This document shows, piece by piece, positions 1-8,647 of a DNA stretch of 25,044 bases. The position numbers were made by a program, and so were the translations under genes. A model generated the notes under the pieces. That model was not told where the DNA came from. It saw only the letters and a program-made list of their open reading frames with translations, and did not search any database. Position 1 is the stretch's first letter; each line of letters begins with the position of its first letter. Source of the stretch: Promethearchaeota archaeon (GTDB taxonomy: Archaea; Asgardarchaeota; Lokiarchaeia; Sigyniarchaeales; SOKP01); contig JBHLME010000061.1 of the NCBI GenBank assembly GCA_048938445.1, forward strand, positions 1-25,044, written 5' to 3'.

Positions 1-289
1 CATCACTAAGTGGTGAAGCTGAAATAAAAACTACAGGTAAACCCGGCCATTTTTTCCATAATATTTCACAACATTCAATCCCATCTCCATCGGGTAAAAC
101 CATATCCATCGTGACGATATCTGGTTTCTCGACCCCCTCTAAAAAAGCTTCAAAATCTACAACGCTAAATGCTATATCAATCACATCAATATTAAATACT
201 CTTAAAGCATTTTTTATAGAAACGGAGGAATAACGGCTATCATCAACGATAATTGCTTTATTTTTACAAATTTTATTACATTCTTTCAT
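1..289 (-). CDS. CheY-like response regulator receiver domain protein (3' end runs off the window)
   Basis: Not in the ORF track. My translation from ATG at 289: MKECNKICKNKAIIVDDSRYSS...KPDIVTMDMVLPDGDGIECCEILWKKWPGLPVVFISA. It shows the receiver-domain DD, the phospho-acceptor D (TMDMVLP), DG and the conserved S. Lies 20 bp downstream of cheR on the same strand. Confidence 0.9.
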   Translation of the reverse strand, partial: MKECNKICKNKAIIVDDSRYSSVSIKNALRVFNIDVIDIAFSVVDFEAFLEGVEKPDIVTMDMVLPDGDGIECCEILWKKWPGLPVVFISASPLSD

Positions 290-309
290 TTTACTACGGA
301 TATTTCTTT

Positions 310-1158
310 TTAAATTTTTGAATAAAAATGAACTTTAGGATTGAGCAAGTTAAATTTATTACTTTTTGAATTAATTATCATTTCAGTTTTTCCTATTACT
401 AAGAGCCCATTAGCGATCAAGTGTTGTGATAAAGTTTTTAGAACCTTGCGCTGAGAATGCCTGTTAAGATAAATGAGAAAATTTCTACAAAAGATGATAT
501 CATATTTTTGATTGAATTGGTGTCCTTCCGTCAAGTCTTCTTGAATGAATGTTACTTTTTCTTTAATCTCATCGCTTAATTCATATTGAGGACCATATTT
601 AGTCTTATGTTGTGTAAAATATGAATTGTAGATTTTAGGCAAATCATGAACGGAATACAATCCAAATGAACCTTTTTTTGCGATTTTTAAGGCATTAATG
701 TCTATATCAGAAGCAACAATCTCAATCTCAGGAATTCCCCTACAAGTTTTTTTCAAGTAATCAAACATCATTGCTAAGGAATAAGGTTCCTCACCTGTAG
801 AGCAAGGTGCTGACCAAATCTTTAGAACATCCATGTTCTGTCTTCTAATTTTATGATTCAGAATATCCTGCATAAGAGCTTGATATACTTCACAATTTCT
901 AAAAAAATAAGTATAATTAATCGTAAATAGATCACTGAATTCGTTAAATTCAGAGGGATTTCTTTTAAGATAATCCATATAATCCTTATCTGAAGTAAGA
1001 TTCAAGCGATACATTCGGGCTTTTATTCTTCTTTCTAAAAATTCCGTTTTATAACATTCAAATTTTATTTTAGTTGAATCGCGCAAATGAGCAATTAGAC
1101 TTTGAATTGACTCTGGATCAAACCTAATTTTATCTATTGCTGGTTCCGATATGATCAT
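310..1158 (-). CDS. cheR: CheR-type protein-glutamate O-methyltransferase
   Basis: CheR motifs: LERRIKARM, TINYTYFFR, KIWSAPCSTGEEPYSLAM, ASDID, YDIIFCRNFLIY, LVIGKTE. Confidence 0.95.
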   Translation of the reverse strand: MIISEPAIDKIRFDPESIQSLIAHLRDSTKIKFECYKTEFLERRIKARMYRLNLTSDKDYMDYLKRNPSEFNEFSDLFTINYTYFFRNCEVYQALMQDILNHKIRRQNMDVLKIWSAPCSTGEEPYSLAMMFDYLKKTCRGIPEIEIVASDIDINALKIAKKGSFGLYSVHDLPKIYNSYFTQHKTKYGPQYELSDEIKEKVTFIQEDLTEGHQFNQKYDIIFCRNFLIYLNRHSQRKVLKTLSQHLIANGLLVIGKTEMIINSKSNKFNLLNPKVHFYSKI

Positions 1159-1622
1159 GATATACCTAAAAGCCCTTATCTATTTGTACAAAAAAACTAA
1201 AAAAAAAAGATATCGAGATATTTTTTTATCAAAAAGAATCTTTTTTTATAATTTTTTTATCATTAATTGATAATTAAAAGAATATGTTTTTAAATTTAAT
1301 GATTACTTGAAAAAATACATTTTTCTGATGGTAGAACGTACTAGATTATTGATAATTTTGTGAAAAAAAAACATAATCATCATAGAGACTTCAATTGTCT
1401 TAAATACCTTTATTAAAACTAAAAACAGTGTAATTAAGAAATCCTTAAATATTATTCCAATAGAATTTTTATAGTAAATAAAAGGAATTAAGGGTAACTA
1501 AAAAATCATTTAGTTTTTTGGAGCAATTTAATAAAAAAAAAGATGAATATAATAAACTTGAATGATTTTTATACAGATATTTTCTATAAAATTTTAAAAT
1601 GATTCTTATTAGGTAGAATAAA

Positions 1623-2183
1623 ATGAGTGAAAGCAAAGCAGGTATCATAATATTAGGGATTGTGGCAATTGCCAGTTTGGGATTGAGTGGATACATGTTT
1701 CTCACCAATGAGATATTTGTTTCACCCGATAATCAAAATATTGTTGTTGGCATGTGGGATAATCTTGATGAGAATATGGATTTCGCCGATTATAATGAAA
1801 CTAATAAATTCCTTATCGAACTTAAGGATCAAAAAATTATCAACAATAATTACATTAGTATATCTAATGCGAATACTACTATTTGGCTTTTAAAACCCGG
1901 TTTATATAAAATAAGTTGTATAATCGATTTGACAAATCTTGGTGACACCGATTTATATCGTGGTCAAATCATAGAAGATTCTACAATTTATGAGGATGTT
2001 TTCTACTTTTTTCACCCCGCATCTCCTACTAGTGATTTTTATCAAGTAATTACAACTTTTTACATTCTGACAGATGGAACACATCTATATCGATTTAAAA
2101 TATATTCACCAGATGATACTGATTTTGGAATTTCTGATTCTGTGAGTTATAATCAATTTATAATTGAATATGTTAGGTACTAA
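1623..2183 (+). CDS. Hypothetical membrane-anchored or secreted protein (N-terminal hydrophobic helix, beta-rich acidic domain)
   Basis: 186-aa ORF; N-terminal GIIILGIVAIASLGLSGYMFL; followed by a T10 tract. Confidence 0.75.
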   Translation: MSESKAGIIILGIVAIASLGLSGYMFLTNEIFVSPDNQNIVVGMWDNLDENMDFADYNETNKFLIELKDQKIINNNYISISNANTTIWLLKPGLYKISCIIDLTNLGDTDLYRGQIIEDSTIYEDVFYFFHPASPTSDFYQVITTFYILTDGTHLYRFKIYSPDDTDFGISDSVSYNQFIIEYVRY

Positions 2184-2194
2184 TTTTTAAAATC

Positions 2195-2204
2195 TTTTTT
2201 TTTT
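2195..2204 (+). terminator. Oligo-T archaeal-type terminator candidate
   Basis: T10 run 11 bp after the stop of 1623..2183, between convergent genes. Confidence 0.4.
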
Positions 2205-2277
2205 CTTATTGATTCAACTTTAGGAGAAATAATTTTAGTAACATTAAATTATATGAGTAAAGTAAATTTTTACTTAT

Positions 2278-2820
2278 TTACCAAGTTATTCTTAATTTAG
2301 TTAATTCAGCGCCCTCCCAGGATTTTTCAATGAAAGAAGACGTGCATTTTTTATCTACACAAGATTCGACAAAGTTTTCCGTCAAACCACTCCATATGAC
2401 ATAAACCACTTCAAAATTAGGATCATGATCCTTATATGTCACTACCAATTCATTTTCGGATGGGAAATCTATTAATATTGTGCCAAAGTTGTAGATCATC
2501 CCAAAAAATCGCTTATAAGTCTCCATTGCTTCTTTAATATCTTTTGTTTTAATACCCTCCTTATAAATTGTTGGAACCAATTCGTTATAATAGTCAAAGC
2601 CCCAATTTTTAATCACGTCCATATCTCCCTTCACACCAAAACGTGCTACTGCATTTAAACATTCTTTATAAATCTCAAAAGGATACCACGATGTATTGAG
2701 CATTCTTTTAGATACTAAGTCTTTAGCTTCTTTAGAAAGTATATCATCATAGAGACCCGTTTTGTTTGAACGTATGCCTCTTATTATTGAGACAAAAATA
2801 GATCCTTTCACTTGTTTTAT
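2278..2820 (-). CDS. Hypothetical protein, DUF2378 / V4R-HNOB-like small-ligand-binding fold; start uncertain
   Basis: Sequence KQVKGSIF...SWYPFE...WG...ITW resembles the DUF2378-like family. AGGAGG (2829-2834) lies 8 nt before an in-frame ATA at 2820, so the extension to 2919 in the track is probably non-coding. Confidence 0.65.
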   Translation of the reverse strand: MKQVKGSIFVSIIRGIRSNKTGLYDDILSKEAKDLVSKRMLNTSWYPFEIYKECLNAVARFGVKGDMDVIKNWGFDYYNELVPTIYKEGIKTKDIKEAMETYKRFFGMIYNFGTILIDFPSENELVVTYKDHDPNFEVVYVIWSGLTENFVESCVDKKCTSSFIEKSWEGAELTKLRITW

Positions 2821-3078
2821 GATACTCTCCTCCTTTGCTTCTTGAATATTATTTGTTAATTTTGTATATACAAATATCATATTAATTGACAAATTTAAAT
2901 TTTTAATTAAAAAAATCATTTAATGCATAAGCATTGTGTTTTAAACAATTTTTAACTGACAATTGAAAAGATATTTTAAATCGATTATTATGAAAAAATA
3001 GTAATTCAATAATTCTATTTACCCTTTTGATTCTTATATAAAAAAATACAATCATATGAAAATTCACAGTGATTATAT

Positions 3079-3282
3079 ATGATCAGTAAAAAGAATAATC
3101 ATATTTCAAAAAACATGAAGGATAGGATTGACTATTTGACTCTTAGAATTGAAATCCTCACAGATCATTTGGACGAATATAAAAATGAAATGAATCCAAG
3201 AACCTTCGAGTATATATCGAAGGATATTGAAACACATAAAAGGGAATTGAAAATACGTCAGGATTTTCCTATTACTTTTTAA
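3079..3282 (+). CDS. Small hypothetical helical protein (start may be ATG 3115)
   Basis: 67-aa ORF with normal charged, amphipathic composition (MKDRIDYLTLRIEILTDHLDEYK...HKRELKIRQ), filling a gap between two genes. Confidence 0.6.
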   Translation: MISKKNNHISKNMKDRIDYLTLRIEILTDHLDEYKNEMNPRTFEYISKDIETHKRELKIRQDFPITF

Positions 3283-3311
3283 ACTATTTATTATGAAAAT
3301 TAAACATTAAT

Positions 3312-3827
3312 TTAGATCTTTTTATTCTTTTTGAGCTTAATCTCCATTTCATTCCATACTTTTAATAGATTTTTATAACCAGTAAATCTTACTAAATGTT
3401 CTTCTATATTAATTCTAATTTTTTCATAACCATTTAATTTATGTAATTTTTCCTGATTTTCTTCCATTTCTCGCTTTATTTCCAAAAGTTTATTTTCCCA
3501 TTTCAAGTTAGATTTAATAATATTGATGCCTCTATTAAAGATTTCTGACTCGATCGATTCCATTGAATAAGTAATTTCACCCGTAGAAGATTTATTTAAT
3601 ATTTTAATCAAATTCATTCGAACAAAATCATTCACTTCTTGGGAAATCTTTCCTGCTGAGATTCCAGTCAATCTTTGTAGATTTTTTTGAGTTAATTCCT
3701 TTCTTGTTATAAAATAAAATAGAATAGTTGAAGTGATTTCACTTCTACCCTCTCCTAAGATTGAATTTAGGAAGTAGGTTATTATTTCATTTTCAATCTT
3801 TTTTATTTCTGGATCAAATCTTACCAC
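3312..3827 (-). CDS. GbsR/MarR-like winged-HTH regulator, 'B-type' subunit (cassette 1)
   Basis: HTH LTQKNLQRLTGISAGKISQEVN with wing, and a C-terminal coiled helix with LNGY. GTG start with an AGGTG SD-like site, 26 bp after the partner gene. Confidence 0.85.
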   Translation of the reverse strand: MVRFDPEIKKIENEIITYFLNSILGEGRSEITSTILFYFITRKELTQKNLQRLTGISAGKISQEVNDFVRMNLIKILNKSSTGEITYSMESIESEIFNRGINIIKSNLKWENKLLEIKREMEENQEKLHKLNGYEKIRINIEEHLVRFTGYKNLLKVWNEMEIKLKKNKKI

Positions 3828-3853
3828 AATTCACACCTTTTAGATTTAATATT

Positions 3854-4357
3854 TTAGCGAGCAAAAATTACACTCATTTCAGACCATATGCTTGTAATTA
3901 AATCTAATGATTGGAGCATCTCATTTAATCTAGTTGAAAGGAGTTCAAATCCTGATTTATTCTCGTATTTTTTTAACTCCTTAAGTTTAGATAAAATATA
4001 TTCTTTAATTTTTGGAAGTTCCGTATAAGACAAGTTACCTACACGAGCATAGACTTGAGTGTCAATTTGATAATAATATTCATTTGTTTTTTCAATTCTT
4101 TTCTTTTCAATAACATTTGATTTAATTAGAAATCTTAATTTTTTTGATATCGTTCCTATTGAATATCCAGTTAAATCTCTAAATTGTTTTTGCGTTAGTT
4201 TTTTATGGATGCCCAAATAAGATAGTATTTTTTGAAGTTTAAGATCTGCAGATTTAGCTCTTCCAGATTCCATTGAGAAATCTACTAAAACTTGCTCAAA
4301 CTCCTTCATTTTACCTTCAAAAACATGACTATCAATATTATTTCGTGCAACAGGCAT
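3854..4357 (-). CDS. GbsR/MarR-like winged-HTH regulator, 'A-type' subunit (cassette 1)
   Basis: HTH IHKKLTQKQFRDLTGYSIGTISKKL, wing IEKKRIEKTNEYYY. Confidence 0.85.
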   Translation of the reverse strand: MPVARNNIDSHVFEGKMKEFEQVLVDFSMESGRAKSADLKLQKILSYLGIHKKLTQKQFRDLTGYSIGTISKKLRFLIKSNVIEKKRIEKTNEYYYQIDTQVYARVGNLSYTELPKIKEYILSKLKELKKYENKSGFELLSTRLNEMLQSLDLITSIWSEMSVIFAR

Positions 4358-4401
4358 TATCCTAATTTATAATATGACCTTTTAAGTATTTAAGGTTTTT
4401 T

Positions 4402-4500
4402 ATGTTTTTCATTTTTCATGAAGAATAGAAAACATTTAAATATACAATTTTATATAATTTTTATGGGAATTTTTATTTTTCATGAAGAATAGAAATTCCC
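4402..4500. promoter_or_regulatory. Divergent promoter of cassette 1: two near-perfect palindromes flanking a BRE/TATA box
   Basis: Exact 21-bp direct repeat ATTTTTCATGAAGAATAGAAA at 4411-4431 and 4475-4495. Each lies within a palindrome centred on TTCATGAA (4402-4435, 34 bp; 4465-4500, 36 bp). AAAACATTTAAATAT at 4429-4443. Confidence 0.85.
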
Positions 4501-4534
4501 CTATTTTTAAATAAAAAATAAAGAAGAAAACAAA

Positions 4535-5497
4535 ATGAATGCGATTGAAGTAAAAAATTTAGTTAAGTATTATTCTCGGGGAAAAATAAAAGCTGTTGAT
4601 GGGATATCATTTAATGTACCCCAAGGATCGAGGTTTGGATTTTTAGGTCCCAATGGTGCAGGAAAAACTACAACTATTCGATGTTTACTTGGATTATTAC
4701 AACGAACCTCAGGAGATATAAAGATTTTTGGTAAAAGTGTTGATCCAACTAAAGATATTAGATTTCGAAATCTTGTAGGATATTTACCTGGAGAATTAGG
4801 AATTTATAAACAGATGACTGCTACTCAACTAATTAAATTCTTTTCAAAGCTTTATGACATTGAAATTGATTGGGATTTCATTAAAGATGTTTCAGAGCGC
4901 CTTCAAATCGATATGAATCGAAAGATGGGGGTATTAAGTAAGGGTAACAAACAAAAAGTAGGTGTTCTTACTGCCTTAATGGGGAAGTTTGACTTGCTCG
5001 TCATGGATGAACCTACTTCCGGTTTAGATCCACTAATGCAATCTGAATTTTATAAAATTGTCTCGGAAAGGCAGAGAGACTCTAATTGCACGGTATTTGT
5101 TTCAAGTCATGTCCTTCCAGAAGTAGAAAAATTCTGCGACACGGTTGCTATTATTAAAAATGGTAAGATTGCGGAAATTTCAGAAGTTCAAAACCTTAAA
5201 GCTAAGAGTTTAAAGCATATTGAATTAGAATTCGCATCAAATGAAAGCAAAAAAAGCTTTATTTCTTACTTATCATCTGAATTTCCTGAAGGAATAATAA
5301 AACATCAATTTGATACCCAAATAAGTTTTTTACTCCCTCCTGATGACACAAGAAAAATAATAGGTGAGCTTGGTAATCATGAATGGGCGGGATATCCTAT
5401 TAAGGACATTACAATTAAACATTCGACTTTGGAAAATATTTTTTTACAGTATTATAAAAATACTAAATCTAATTCGAAAGGAGGTGTGGTTTCATGA
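4535..5497 (+). CDS. ABC-2 type transporter ATP-binding subunit
   Basis: Walker A GPNGAGKTT, signature LSKGNKQK, Walker B LLVMDEPTSGLD, H-loop SSH. Confidence 0.95.
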   Translation: MNAIEVKNLVKYYSRGKIKAVDGISFNVPQGSRFGFLGPNGAGKTTTIRCLLGLLQRTSGDIKIFGKSVDPTKDIRFRNLVGYLPGELGIYKQMTATQLIKFFSKLYDIEIDWDFIKDVSERLQIDMNRKMGVLSKGNKQKVGVLTALMGKFDLLVMDEPTSGLDPLMQSEFYKIVSERQRDSNCTVFVSSHVLPEVEKFCDTVAIIKNGKIAEISEVQNLKAKSLKHIELEFASNESKKSFISYLSSEFPEGIIKHQFDTQISFLLPPDDTRKIIGELGNHEWAGYPIKDITIKHSTLENIFLQYYKNTKSNSKGGVVS

Positions 5498-6372
5498 GTT
5501 CTAAAAATACTCAACTTAGAACAATCAAAAATGTAAAGAATCCCATAATATTTTTAAACAAACCCATTAGAATTGCTTGGAAAGAATTAGTCCTTGGAAA
5601 AAAGGGGATTTTGTTTTATACCATATTAATGTTATTATTTACATTCTGGTTCACGACCATATTTAATCCAGGTTTATTTTCCAAAATGGCTGAATATTTT
5701 GAGAATTATCCCGAGGTTGTTCTCGAGATGGTTGGTGGACAATTAGCATTAGGAGAATTTGGTGGATTCATTAACACGTATATCTTTTCATTTGCATGGA
5801 TGTATTTTGGAATATATCTCATAATGAGAGCCTCACAAGATATTCCAAAAGAAATCGATAACAAGACAATTGATTTAGTCCTTTCAAAACCTATAAATCG
5901 ATGGCAGTTTGTTATAGGAAAATACTTCCAACACTTAACTACGACACTTCTCATGACAGGTGCGGTTGCTCTTGGATTATTTCTTGGTATTTTCACGGTC
6001 CCTGCTATAAATCCCGCAGAAGTTTATTATAATGAAGTGATAATTGCCATTCTGTGGTTATTTTTATTCTTAGTAGCACTAGTAAGTACTGGTTTTTTCT
6101 TTTCTACCTTCATGAGTACAAGGTTGTCTTTAGCTTTTAGTTTTGGAATGATGATCTTTTTTTATGCAATTGGTTCTTTTTCAAGTTTAATGCCTGAAGC
6201 GGTGCAGGGCATTAAATATTTTAGCATATTTTATTATTTCTTGCCCTCTGACTTATTAATTGATCATACTTTAGATTTTATTTGGTTGCATGCCCTCGTG
6301 CTCGTCTTTTATTCCGTGGTTATCACGATTATCGCTGGAATCATCTTTAATAAACGAGACATCCCCGTATAA
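5494..6372 (+). CDS. ABC-2 type transporter permease
   Basis: About six hydrophobic segments; motif KEIDNKTIDLVLSKPINRWQFVIGK; ATGA overlap with the ATPase; GGAGGTG SD. Confidence 0.92.
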   Translation: MSSKNTQLRTIKNVKNPIIFLNKPIRIAWKELVLGKKGILFYTILMLLFTFWFTTIFNPGLFSKMAEYFENYPEVVLEMVGGQLALGEFGGFINTYIFSFAWMYFGIYLIMRASQDIPKEIDNKTIDLVLSKPINRWQFVIGKYFQHLTTTLLMTGAVALGLFLGIFTVPAINPAEVYYNEVIIAILWLFLFLVALVSTGFFFSTFMSTRLSLAFSFGMMIFFYAIGSFSSLMPEAVQGIKYFSIFYYFLPSDLLIDHTLDFIWLHALVLVFYSVVITIIAGIIFNKRDIPV

Positions 6373-6447
6373 TCATAAATTTATTTTTTTATTTTTATTA
6401 TAGCTATAAGGCAGAATTTAAAATCATTGCTCATTAGAGTTTTAGAA

Positions 6448-6972
6448 TTATTTATTTGCATTTTTAATTGACTTAGTGTATTTGTCAATTATATCGCTCA
6501 TTTTCTTATATTCCTTGATTAAATCCACGTAGTATGAAGTATTCTGATATATTCGCTTAAATCCATTCAAATGTTCGAATTCTTTCTTTCCTTGTTCTAA
6601 TTCTTTTTTTATTTCTGATAATTCTTGTTCCCATTTTACTAATTTGTTCACTGTAAATTTTGTTAAATTTAGAAATATTATGCCCGCGGAGTTCGCTGAA
6701 TAGGTTAATTTTCCCTTTTTAGATTTATCAACTATTTCTATGAGTCCCATTTCAAGAAGGTTATTGACCTCTTCAGAAATCTTACCAGCAGACATTCCAG
6801 TAATATCTTGAATGGTTTTTTGAGTTAGATGTTTTCGAGTAATGAATAACATTAAAATTCTTATGAATAATGGATCCCTTGGTGCAAAAAATGGGGCAGA
6901 AAGAAAGTGGTTAATTATATCATCTTCAATTACATACACTTCAGGATCAAATTCTATTTCGGACACGATCAT
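6448..6972 (-). CDS. GbsR/MarR-like winged-HTH regulator, 'B-type' subunit (cassette 2)
   Basis: FDPE...FITRKHLTQKTIQDITGMSAGKISEEVN...LNGF. Clear paralog of 3312..3827; 4-bp ATGA overlap with its partner. Confidence 0.85.
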   Translation of the reverse strand: MIVSEIEFDPEVYVIEDDIINHFLSAPFFAPRDPLFIRILMLFITRKHLTQKTIQDITGMSAGKISEEVNNLLEMGLIEIVDKSKKGKLTYSANSAGIIFLNLTKFTVNKLVKWEQELSEIKKELEQGKKEFEHLNGFKRIYQNTSYYVDLIKEYKKMSDIIDKYTKSIKNANK

Positions 6973-7484
6973 TCCTCCCGTGGTATTGTTTCTATAAAAT
7001 TTGGGAAAAGTTCCCTATAAACATCAAATATATCACACAATTCATCAATTCTTTGAGCTAAATGAGCCGCCCCTTTCTTCTTTTCTTTTTTCAATTTTAA
7101 TAATTCCTCTTTTTTTTTCTGCAAGAAAGATTCTGATTGAAGAAGACTCTTCAAAGCATTATCCATTCCTCTTGTTGTGAGGTCCTCTATATCTCCACGA
7201 TACCGATACGTATACTTATGAGTTCCATGGATTCTTTCCTTTTCATAATAACCTGTTCCAAGCATAACTGATAAAAATGTTGAGATTGTCCCAAGTGAAA
7301 ATCCGGTTAATTCTTGAAGTTGTTTTTGAGTCAATTTTTTATGAATTATCAAGTAAGCGGACATCTTCAAGTATTTTGGATTCACTCGCTTTTGTTCTCC
7401 TATACTCGTAAAGAATTCAATTAGTTTATTTTCATATGGTCTTAATTTTTTATCAAAAAGATATTCTACTACATCATTCGTCAT
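6969..7484 (-). CDS. GbsR/MarR-like winged-HTH regulator, 'A-type' subunit (cassette 2)
   Basis: YLIIHKKLTQKQLQELTGFSLGTIS. Clear paralog of 3854..4357. Confidence 0.85.
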   Translation of the reverse strand: MTNDVVEYLFDKKLRPYENKLIEFFTSIGEQKRVNPKYLKMSAYLIIHKKLTQKQLQELTGFSLGTISTFLSVMLGTGYYEKERIHGTHKYTYRYRGDIEDLTTRGMDNALKSLLQSESFLQKKKEELLKLKKEKKKGAAHLAQRIDELCDIFDVYRELFPNFIETIPREE

Positions 7485-7510
7485 TTCTTATACTATAATT
7501 GATTTTTCAA

Positions 7511-7679
7511 TTATTTAAATCTTTCAAATCTTTCAAATTTTATGAAAGGTAATTTAAAGTTATTATTTTAGCGCTAGACTGGTTTCATAAATTTTGAAAA
7601 ATAAAAACATTTAAATATCTAGTTTTCTATATTATTTATAGGTTTCATAAGATTTGAAATTTAAGAATCATGAAACCTA
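7511..7679. promoter_or_regulatory. Divergent promoter of cassette 2 with three TTTCA-N7-TGAAA boxes
   Basis: Boxes at 7531-7547, 7583-7599 and 7643-7659. BRE/TATA AAAACATTTAAATAT at 7604-7618 (+). TTTAAATA at 7512-7519 (-). Inverted repeat TAGGTTTCAT/ATGAAACCTA at 7639-7679. Confidence 0.85.
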
Positions 7680-7713
7680 AATAGAATTACTATAAAAGAA
7701 GTGATAGAAAAAA

Positions 7714-8535
7714 ATGGCCTTACAAGTAAAATTAACTGAATGGTTTGATGAATTAGAAGAATGGATTTATAATATTGACGACAAATTTGATGGATTTTTA
7801 GATAAGACATATAAAAATATACACGGAATGCATTTTGGTACTGTAGGTTTATTGATATATGCTTTATCAACATTAATCGCTGTATTGTTATATCTTTCGG
7901 TAGATTCTAGTTATTCAATTTTTACACACTGGATAAGTCATCTTGGAGATGGACCAAATGGAGCAAATATTGTTTTTAACATTGGATGGATTATATCAAG
8001 CGGAATATTACTCTTCTTTCTCGTTCATGAAATTCGCGAATTAAGAAAAAAGGGTGCAATAGAATTGATATTAGATACCATGTTATTAGCTGCAGTAGCT
8101 TTTTCAGCTGGACTTTTATTAGTTGGACTTTTCCCTTTACATTTAGGGATTCCACACACTGTTGCTGCGACTTTTTATTTTATTGGTGGTTTTACCTATT
8201 TTCTACTTTATGGGATTATACTACTCACGATACCTGTCGGAGGTAAAATTCGGTCTTTTTTTGCTTTTATCACGGTCGCATGTCACTTGCTATATTTCTT
8301 ATCTCCCATTATAACAATATATACTGTTCAAATTGGAATCACGATGAACTTTTTAGAGTGGATGGTGTTGATCTCAGAAGTTTCCGTGTTGCTCGTAATG
8401 TTATCCTATTATTACATAAACAAGGTTCAAGAGCGAAAAATAAATGAATTTAAAGTTAAAGCTAAAAGCTGGATTAAAAATGACTGGACATACAAAAACG
8501 AATTAGTAGAATATATTGAATTATTTTATAAATAA
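7714..8535 (+). CDS. DUF998 / Frag1-DRAM-Sfk1-like multi-pass membrane protein
   Basis: YSIFTHWISHLG...FN motif, VGLFP, H..A..F, about six TM helices. Confidence 0.75.
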   Translation: MALQVKLTEWFDELEEWIYNIDDKFDGFLDKTYKNIHGMHFGTVGLLIYALSTLIAVLLYLSVDSSYSIFTHWISHLGDGPNGANIVFNIGWIISSGILLFFLVHEIRELRKKGAIELILDTMLLAAVAFSAGLLLVGLFPLHLGIPHTVAATFYFIGGFTYFLLYGIILLTIPVGGKIRSFFAFITVACHLLYFLSPIITIYTVQIGITMNFLEWMVLISEVSVLLVMLSYYYINKVQERKINEFKVKAKSWIKNDWTYKNELVEYIELFYK

Positions 8536-8647
8536 TTAAATTTAGTATTATTTTTTTATCATGAAAATAACTGGTGAGTTTTAAAAAAAATTGAAATTCG
8601 TATTTATCCTTTTGAATATTAAAATAATAATTATATACTTGAAATGA

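Noticed and set aside
1159-1622. Long AT-rich spacer with A/T tracts and weak inverted repeats (possible origin or ncRNA), plus ORF 1469..1708
   Set aside because: No ORB-like repeats, no cdc6/orc1 neighbour and no stable GC stem. Symmetry is expected at this AT content, and the ORF is antisense and low-complexity.
4411-4495. 21-bp exact direct repeat as a possible mini-CRISPR
   Set aside because: Only two copies, no cas genes, and the sequence between them is the TATA promoter. Better explained as operators.
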